From an uncultured Pseudomonadota bacterium (lineage in GTDB: Bacteria; Pseudomonadota; Alphaproteobacteria; JACZXZ01), in contig CAVVLJ010000016.1 of the NCBI GenBank assembly GCA_963749075.1, positions 800,001 through 864,000 of the forward strand: DNA of 64,000 nt. Reading direction: 5' to 3'. How positions within the stretch are numbered: the stretch's first letter is position 1; each line of letters opens with the position of its first letter. Below, piece after piece: positions 58,096 through 64,000 of this stretch. The position numbers and the translations under genes are program-made. Under the pieces are notes generated by a model. The model was not told the origin of the DNA. It ran no database searches and worked only from the letters and a program-made list of their open reading frames with translations.

Positions 58096-59178
58096 TCAGC
58101 GGGCGGCGAGCTCGGTTGCGCGATGGGCCTCGGCAAGGACGGCCGCCTTGGTGTCGACCGTGGCCTCCACCGACATGCCGGGGCGCAGCAGGCCCGCGAG
58201 CGGCTCGCCGCGCTCGAGCACGATCTTGACCGGGATGCGCTGCACGATCTTGGTGAAGTTGCCGGTGGCATTGTCGGGCGGCAGCAGGCTGAACTCGAGG
58301 CCGCTCGCCGGCGACAGGCTGTCCACGTGGCCGCGGATGACGGCGCCCGGGAAGCTGTCGACCGAGAGGCTCACCGGCTCGCCGCTGCGCACGTCGGTGA
58401 GCTGGGTCTCCTTGAAGTTGGCGACCACGTAGACGGACTGGAGCGGCACCACGGCCATGAGCTGGGTGCCCGCCTGGACGTACTGGCCGACCCGGAGCGA
58501 GCGCGCGCCGACCGTGCCGTCGATCGGTGCGGCGATCGCCGTATAGCTGAGGTTGAGCTCGGCTTGGTGCTCGACCGCCTGGTTGTGGGCGAGCTGGGTC
58601 TCGGCCCGAACGCGTTCGCTCTTCAGCACCTCGACTTTCTGTTGCGCGGCGATCAGGCCGGCGCGGCTGTGCTGCACCTTGGCCAACGTCTCGCTGAGGC
58701 TGGTGGCGGCGCGCTCCGCCTGCTGGACCGAGGCGAAACCGGACTTCATCAGGCTGCGGTAGCGCTCGTCGTCCTGACGGGCGAAGCCGGCCGCCGCCGT
58801 GGCGGAGGAAATGTCGGCGCTCGCCTGGGCGATGACGGCCTGTTGCAGCTTGAGCTGGGCGTCGAGGCTGCCGATGGCGGCCTCGGCCGCGGCCACGTCG
58901 GCGCGGGCCTGGGCGAGCGCCGTGCGGAAGTCGCGGTCGTCGATGCGGGCGAGGAGCTCGCCTGCCTTGACCGGCTGGTTGTCGTCGACGCGGACCTCGG
59001 CGATGTAGCCCGAGACCTTGGGCGCGACCGTGGTGTAGTCCGCCTGGAGATAGGCGTCGTCGGTCGCCTCGAGATAGCGCCCGCTCTGCCACCAGTACCA
59101 GCCGTAGTCGGCACCGCCTGCGAGCACGGCAACGCCAGCAACCCCAGCCAGGATCCACTTCACGAGCTTGCGCATCAT
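58096..59178 (-). CDS. HlyD/EmrA membrane fusion protein
   Basis: TDDAY, APKVSG, IAAPIDG, ANFKETQL, PPDNATGNFTKIVQRIPV. Confidence 0.92.
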   Translation of the reverse strand: MMRKLVKWILAGVAGVAVLAGGADYGWYWWQSGRYLEATDDAYLQADYTTVAPKVSGYIAEVRVDDNQPVKAGELLARIDDRDFRTALAQARADVAAAEAAIGSLDAQLKLQQAVIAQASADISSATAAAGFARQDDERYRSLMKSGFASVQQAERAATSLSETLAKVQHSRAGLIAAQQKVEVLKSERVRAETQLAHNQAVEHQAELNLSYTAIAAPIDGTVGARSLRVGQYVQAGTQLMAVVPLQSVYVVANFKETQLTDVRSGEPVSLSVDSFPGAVIRGHVDSLSPASGLEFSLLPPDNATGNFTKIVQRIPVKIVLERGEPLAGLLRPGMSVEATVDTKAAVLAEAHRATELAAR

Positions 59179-59204
59179 ACGTCCCTCCGGCACCGCCACT
59201 GTGA

Positions 59205-59247
59205 ACTGTACGGAACGGTACATTATATTAGTCTCTGGCCTTGTCAA
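59205..59247 (-). promoter_or_regulatory. emrA-like promoter with adjacent TetR-type operator
   Basis: Minus strand TTGACA-N16-TAATGT (59247-59220), directly followed by the imperfect palindrome ACTGTACGGAACGGT (59205-59219). Confidence 0.65.
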
Positions 59248-59426
59248 GACCGTTGCCGGGAACCTTGCGCCGACCAAGGTATCTGGATTCTGACGTGAGA
59301 CGGTTGTTAATAGCGCAGCATAACATATTGTTATATTAATATAATATATATAATTGGCCAAGCCACTGAGAGCCGCACAGGCCGCTTGCCGCAGACATTC
59401 CATCTCGGTATAGTAGTCATGTAAGA

Positions 59427-59441
59427 ACTGAACGGTACAGT
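59427..59441. promoter_or_regulatory. Second TetR-type operator upstream of tetR
   Basis: ACTGAACGGTACAGT, 12/15 identical to the 59205 site; both approximate ACTGTAC-G-GTACAGT. Confidence 0.6.
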
Positions 59442-59489
59442 GTCTAATCGTCACTATATGATGTGGACAACCATAGGGCGGAGATGACC

Positions 59490-60182
59490 ATGGCGAGGAT
59501 GATGGAGATGCCGGCTACGGCTGCCGCGACATCGGGGGTCGACCGGGCCGTGCGCAAGCGTGAGCGCTGCACCGCCGAGGTACGCCGCCGCGCCATTCTC
59601 GATGCGGCCTGGCAGGTCTTTCTCGAGCGCGGCTTTGCCGGCGCCACCATCGATGCGGTGGTCGAGCGCGCCGGCGGCTCCAAGGCGACGGTCTATGCCC
59701 AGTTCGGCAATAAGGAGGGCCTCTTCGTCGCCCTGGTCATGGGCGGGGCGCAGGACTTTGCCGCCTCGATCGACGCGGCGGCGGCGGCCGGCACGACGTT
59801 CGAGGAGACCCTGCGCGAGATCGGCCGCCGCTATCTCGGGCTCGTCCTGGCGCCGGAGCGCGTGGCGCTCTATCGTCTGGTGGTCGCCGAGAGCGGGCGG
59901 CTTCCCGAGGTCGGCGACATCTTCTTCCGCAGCGGCCCGCAAAGCGTGGTGGCGCACGTGGCGGAGTTTTTCCGCGCCGCCGCCGCGCGCGGCCTTGTCC
60001 CGCCGGTGGCGCCCGAGGCGCTTGCGATCCAGTTTCTCGGCAGCGTGCTCGGCGACAATCATTTCCGCGTGCTGTGCAATCCCACCCGGTCGCCGACCGC
60101 CAAGGAGATCGAGCGCCACGTCGACATGGCGGTCGCTCTCTTCCTAAAGGGTGCTCGCGGGCCGGCGCTCGAGGGGACCTGA
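59490..60182 (+). CDS. TetR/AcrR family regulator
   Basis: ILDAA..VFLERGF..ATID.V..RAGGSKATVY.QFGNKEGLF; start uncertain (59463-59508). Confidence 0.9.
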   Translation: MARMMEMPATAAATSGVDRAVRKRERCTAEVRRRAILDAAWQVFLERGFAGATIDAVVERAGGSKATVYAQFGNKEGLFVALVMGGAQDFAASIDAAAAAGTTFEETLREIGRRYLGLVLAPERVALYRLVVAESGRLPEVGDIFFRSGPQSVVAHVAEFFRAAAARGLVPPVAPEALAIQFLGSVLGDNHFRVLCNPTRSPTAKEIERHVDMAVALFLKGARGPALEGT

Positions 60183-60301
60183 GGCGGCAAGGCGCCAGCC
60201 GGACCGATGCGCCGGCCGTCTATGGGCGGCCGAAACCGCCCGCCGATCGCCTCTCGCGCCGGCCGGCTTCGCCCACGGACCGACCTCGTGGCGGGGCGGG
60301 G

Positions 60302-61276
60302 CTATTCGCGCTTCGCCGTGAATTTCTGCGGCAGACCGCCCGAGGCGACCTCGTTCTGGCGGACGAACTCGATCACGCTTCCCTTGAGCGTGCCACGGTA
60401 GTGCTCCTTGTAAGGCTGCTCGCTGCTGCCCGTCGTGACCATTCCTTGCGTATAGAAGACGACGACGTCGCCCTTAACCCGGCCGTCCTGGATGCCCTTC
60501 GAGGCGTCGCCGAAGTTGCTCTTCTCGCGCACCAGACCGGAGAGAGTCTCGCCCGACTGCTCGAACTCGATGTAGAGGATCGACTTTTCGTTCCGCGCAT
60601 AGGGATTGACCAGCGGCTCCGTGACCCATTTGCCCGAGATATCGCGATTTGCTGCAGGTGCCGAGGCCGTCACAACTGAGGACGCGGCCGTCCCCGCGGC
60701 AGGTGCAGCCGGCTCTCGGCCGATCCAGTAAGCGAGACCGCCTGCCGCCACGAGCACCGCAATTGCAGCAGCGGCAAGCCATGCCGTCCTCGCACGCATT
60801 GGCTCAGCCGCCACGGGCCGGCCGGGCCCCGCCTCGCCGGGCGGAGGCGCCGGCGCGGCCCCTTGCCCGCCGGCGATCCCGCTGATCTGTTGCGCGAGAC
60901 GGCCTATCGCCCGTTCCCAGTCGTCGAACGCGTCGATCCATTGTCGCGTCGAGAGCTCGTAGAGGAAAGCGTCGTTCGGCAACACGTCCTCGACCCGAAG
61001 CGGAATGACCACCAGGCGATTCTGGCTCGCGAGCGCAATCTCCTTCTGGATCTCGCTTGAATTGTTGGCGTTACCGGTAAACACCAGCACCATGGCGCGC
61101 ACCGAGCGGATCGCCTTGACGATCGCCTCCTGGAAATTCTCGCCGGGGCCGATGTCGCGGGAGGCGAGCCAACAACCGAGGCCGCGTCGCTCCAGCGCGT
61201 CGCAGAGCTTGGTGGCAATGCCGCGGTCCTCCGAAGAATGGCTGATAAAGACAAGCGGGCTCATGCCGGCCGCCAT
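60302..61276 (-). CDS. TIR-domain protein with TM helix and C-terminal beta-rich domain
   Basis: VFISHSSED...CW...RDI.PG..F...I..AI....MVLVF...AN.S..I.KE (TIR_2); Pro/Ala linker; WLAAAAIAVLVAAGGLAYWI TM; start 61276 or 61264. Confidence 0.85.
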   Translation of the reverse strand: MAAGMSPLVFISHSSEDRGIATKLCDALERRGLGCWLASRDIGPGENFQEAIVKAIRSVRAMVLVFTGNANNSSEIQKEIALASQNRLVVIPLRVEDVLPNDAFLYELSTRQWIDAFDDWERAIGRLAQQISGIAGGQGAAPAPPPGEAGPGRPVAAEPMRARTAWLAAAAIAVLVAAGGLAYWIGREPAAPAAGTAASSVVTASAPAANRDISGKWVTEPLVNPYARNEKSILYIEFEQSGETLSGLVREKSNFGDASKGIQDGRVKGDVVVFYTQGMVTTGSSEQPYKEHYRGTLKGSVIEFVRQNEVASGGLPQKFTAKRE

Positions 61277-61590
61277 GAAATGCCCATCAAAACCGCCCCT
61301 GCGGCGGCGTAAATCTATCGGAACGCGGCTGGCGATGCCAGCGCGCCGCCGGCGGACGAAGCCCGCCAATGCTTCGAGTCCCGCATGGGCTTTGCCGCGG
61401 CTCCGAGACGGCAGCACCTACGCGCCACAAATCCCTACCCTCTCGTGCGCATGTCTGGATAGAATTGCGAGGCCGCACTCTGAGGGGCCGGATTGTCGAT
61501 GCGGCCCCATGCAAGTCACATGAGCGCCGCGCCAGTGCGGCCGGCGACCGATGCTCGCCGGCCGCCGATCTTGAACGAGGAGATCGCGCC

Positions 61591-63771
61591 ATGTCGCTCC
61601 AGGACGAGAGAGCCGAGGCGGTCGCCGAGACCATCGACGCCGCGCGCGCAATCATCGCCCGCATGGGCCTCACGCCCGAGGCGCTCGCGCGCATAGCGCC
61701 CGAGCTCACGGCCCTTGCCGGCCGCGGCGAGCTTTTCCCGCCCGAGCAGTTCCCCCTCGGTCCCAATGGCGCGAGCAAGGTCTATTACCTGGCGCAGGAT
61801 CCCGACGAGCAATACGCCATCTACGCCTCGGCCGGCGCTCCGGGCAAGGCGGTGCCGCCCCACAACCACACCACCTGGGCCATCATCTCCGGCGTCTACG
61901 GCCTCGAGCACAACGTGGTCTATGAGCGCATCGACAACCGCGAGACCCCTGGCGAGGGCAAGCTGCGCCGCGTGCGCGAGGTTCCCGTCCGCAAGGGGAA
62001 CGCGATCTGCCTCATGCCCGACGACTTCCACACCATCGAGGTGACCGGACGCGAGGAGGCGCTCCACCTCCACCTCTACGGCCGCAGCCTCGAGGCGATC
62101 CCCGAGCGCATCTTCTTCAAGGATGCCACGGGCGGGCCCTACCAGCGCTATCCCGCCAACACGAATATCACGAGCCCGCGCGTCTCGCCGGCAGCGCTCA
62201 AGGCCATGCTGCGGGACGGCGGCGAGCTCGCACTCCTCGACGTGCGCGAGGAGGGCGTCTTCGGCGAGGGCCATCTCCTCTTCGCCGTCAACCTGCCCTT
62301 GAGCCAGCTCGAGCTGCGCCTTGCAGCGCTCGTCCCGCGCCGGCGCGCGCGCGTGGTGCTGGTCGACGGCGACGACGGGCTCGCCGAACGGGCGGCCGCC
62401 AAGCTGCGCCGCTTCGGCTATCAGAACATCTCGCTCTTGCAGGGCGGGGTTGCGGCCTGGAAGGCGGCGGGCTACGAGCTCTTCAGTGGCGTCCATGTGC
62501 CGAGCAAGGCCTTCGGCGAGCTCGTCGAGCACCGCGAGGCGACGCCCCACATCACCGCCGAGGCGCTCAAGGCCAAACGCGATGCGGGCGAGGACCTCAT
62601 CATCCTCGACAGCCGGCCGCTCGACGAGTTCTCGGTCATGAGCATTCCGGGCGGGGTGGATTGCCCCGGGGCCGAGCTCGTCTACCGCATCCATGAGACC
62701 GTGAGGTCGCCCACCACGCTCGTCGTGGTCAATTGCGCCGGGCGCACGCGCAGCATCATAGGCGCCCAGTCGCTCATCAACGCAGGCCTCAAGAACCCGG
62801 TGGCGGCGCTCAAGAACGGCACCATGGGCTGGCATCTTGCCGGCCTGCCGCTCGCCAAGGGCGAGTGCCGCGAGGCGCCGCGGCCGGGTCCCGCAGCACT
62901 CGCCAAGGCGCAATCGGCGGCGGCTCAGGTGGCCCAGCGCTTCGGCGTGCGCGTCATCGGCGAGCGCGAGCTCAGAGAGCTCGAGGCCGAGGCCGGCCGC
63001 CGCAGCCTCTATCTCTTCGACGTGCGCGATCCGGCCGATTACCGCGCCGGGCATATCCGCGGTTGGCGCTCCTCTCCCGGCGGGCAGCTCGTGCAGGCGA
63101 CCGACAGCTACGTGGGCGTGCGCAATGCCCGCATCGTGGTGACGGACGACGACGGCGTGCGTGCGCGCATGACCGCCTCCTGGCTCGTGCAGATGGGTGC
63201 GGGCGAGGTCTATGTGCTGGCCGAGGGCAGCCTCGGAGATGCGCGCGTCGCGGGGGACGAGGAGCCCGAGCTTCTCGGCCTCGAGGCGGGCGGCGGCGAG
63301 GCGATCGCGCCCGCGGCGCTGGCCAAGGCGCTCGCGGCCGGCGAGGCGCTCGTCGTCGATCTCGACAGCAGCCTCGGCTACCGCAAGGGCCACATCCCGG
63401 GCGCCTGGTGGGCCGTGCGTGCGCGCCTCGCTGCGGCGCTCGCCAGGCTGCCGCAGGCGGCGATGCTCGTGCTCACCTCGCCCGACGGCAGGCTGGCGCG
63501 GCTCGCGGCCGCCGAGGCTGCGAAGCTCGCTCGTGTGCCGGTAAAGCTGCTGGCGGGCGGCACCGCCGCCTGGCGCACCGCAGGATTGCCGCTCGAGGAT
63601 AGCGAGGAGCGGCTCGCCGACGCGCCCGACGACGTGATGTACAAGCCCTACGACCGCCGGGCGCGCGTCGAGGACGCCATGCGGCAGTATTTGAGCTGGG
63701 AAGTCGACCTGGTGGGGCAGGTCGAGCGCGACGGCGACGCGCCGTTCCTGGCACCGGTGCGGCACGGCTGA
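61591..63771 (+). CDS. Cysteine/thiol dioxygenase-like cupin fused to four rhodanese domains
   Basis: PPHNHTTWA...FHTI...LHLYG cupin, then LLDVRE, ILDSRP...NCAGRTRS, LFDVRD...PGGQLVQ, VVDLD...GHIPGA; one continuous frame; RBS GAGGAG. Confidence 0.88.
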   Translation: MSLQDERAEAVAETIDAARAIIARMGLTPEALARIAPELTALAGRGELFPPEQFPLGPNGASKVYYLAQDPDEQYAIYASAGAPGKAVPPHNHTTWAIISGVYGLEHNVVYERIDNRETPGEGKLRRVREVPVRKGNAICLMPDDFHTIEVTGREEALHLHLYGRSLEAIPERIFFKDATGGPYQRYPANTNITSPRVSPAALKAMLRDGGELALLDVREEGVFGEGHLLFAVNLPLSQLELRLAALVPRRRARVVLVDGDDGLAERAAAKLRRFGYQNISLLQGGVAAWKAAGYELFSGVHVPSKAFGELVEHREATPHITAEALKAKRDAGEDLIILDSRPLDEFSVMSIPGGVDCPGAELVYRIHETVRSPTTLVVVNCAGRTRSIIGAQSLINAGLKNPVAALKNGTMGWHLAGLPLAKGECREAPRPGPAALAKAQSAAAQVAQRFGVRVIGERELRELEAEAGRRSLYLFDVRDPADYRAGHIRGWRSSPGGQLVQATDSYVGVRNARIVVTDDDGVRARMTASWLVQMGAGEVYVLAEGSLGDARVAGDEEPELLGLEAGGGEAIAPAALAKALAAGEALVVDLDSSLGYRKGHIPGAWWAVRARLAAALARLPQAAMLVLTSPDGRLARLAAAEAAKLARVPVKLLAGGTAAWRTAGLPLEDSEERLADAPDDVMYKPYDRRARVEDAMRQYLSWEVDLVGQVERDGDAPFLAPVRHG

Positions 63772-63793
63772 GCAGCACCCCTGAGGTGCACCC

Positions 63794-64000
63794 GTGAGCG
63801 AGATCGACGCTCTCCTCCGCGACACGGCGGAGCGCCTCTTCGCCGGTCACTGCGGCCGCGCGGTGCTCGAGGCTGCGGAGGAGGGGGCGTGGCCCGAGGC
63901 GTTGTGGGGCGTCGTCGAGGCGGCGGGCTTCACCAAGGCGCTCTTGCCCGAGGCCGCGGGCGGCTCGGGCGTTGCGGCCGGCGACGCCTGGAGCCTGGTG
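63794..64000 (+). CDS. Acyl-CoA dehydrogenase family protein, N-terminal fragment (cut by window end)
   Basis: Own translation MSEIDALLRDTAERLFA...WPEALW...AGF..ALLPEAAGGSG; GAGG RBS. Confidence 0.75.
   Translation, partial: MSEIDALLRDTAERLFAGHCGRAVLEAAEEGAWPEALWGVVEAAGFTKALLPEAAGGSGVAAGDAWSLV

Noticed and set aside
60302-61276. Thoeris or other multi-gene defence island
   Set aside because: No SIR2/Macro effector, cyclase, Argonaute or STAND partner is adjacent; the neighbours are metabolic or efflux genes

Overview
This is a gene-dense, very GC-rich bacterial window. Gene content, intergenic repeats and an MmgR/suhB-type sRNA point to an alphaproteobacterium, possibly Rhodospirillales-like (inference). 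It is mostly transport and catabolism. From the start it holds an MCE/Mla operon, hutF-hutU plus a GpuA-like ureohydrolase facing a NitT/TauT ABC importer, the MmgR-like sRNA, and a Dpp-type ABC system with GntR and a GlpD-like flavoprotein. Next come tRNA-Val(GAC) followed by a lower-GC methyltransferase islet bounded by a 10-bp repeat of the tRNA 3' end, Pot-type and Liv-type ABC systems around a hydantoinase/oxoprolinase pair, and a TfdA-alpha-like dioxygenase. A probable betaine/N-methylamine cluster follows (two GcvT-family dehydrogenases, GFA, a DddP-like M24 protein, a StcD-like flavoenzyme). The last part has an aldolase/hydratase cluster with a doubly frameshifted oxidase, TetR/EmrAB/adc, a membrane-anchored TIR protein, and a thiol-dioxygenase cupin fused to four rhodanese domains. 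Two VapBC modules are interspersed. No CRISPR array, integrase, transposase or rRNA was seen. All calls come from motif recognition by eye and recalled family sequences; no database search was run. The best candidates for undescribed systems are the CDO-rhodanese fusion locus, the DddP-like/StcD/GcvT cluster and the TIR-TM-periplasmic domain protein.
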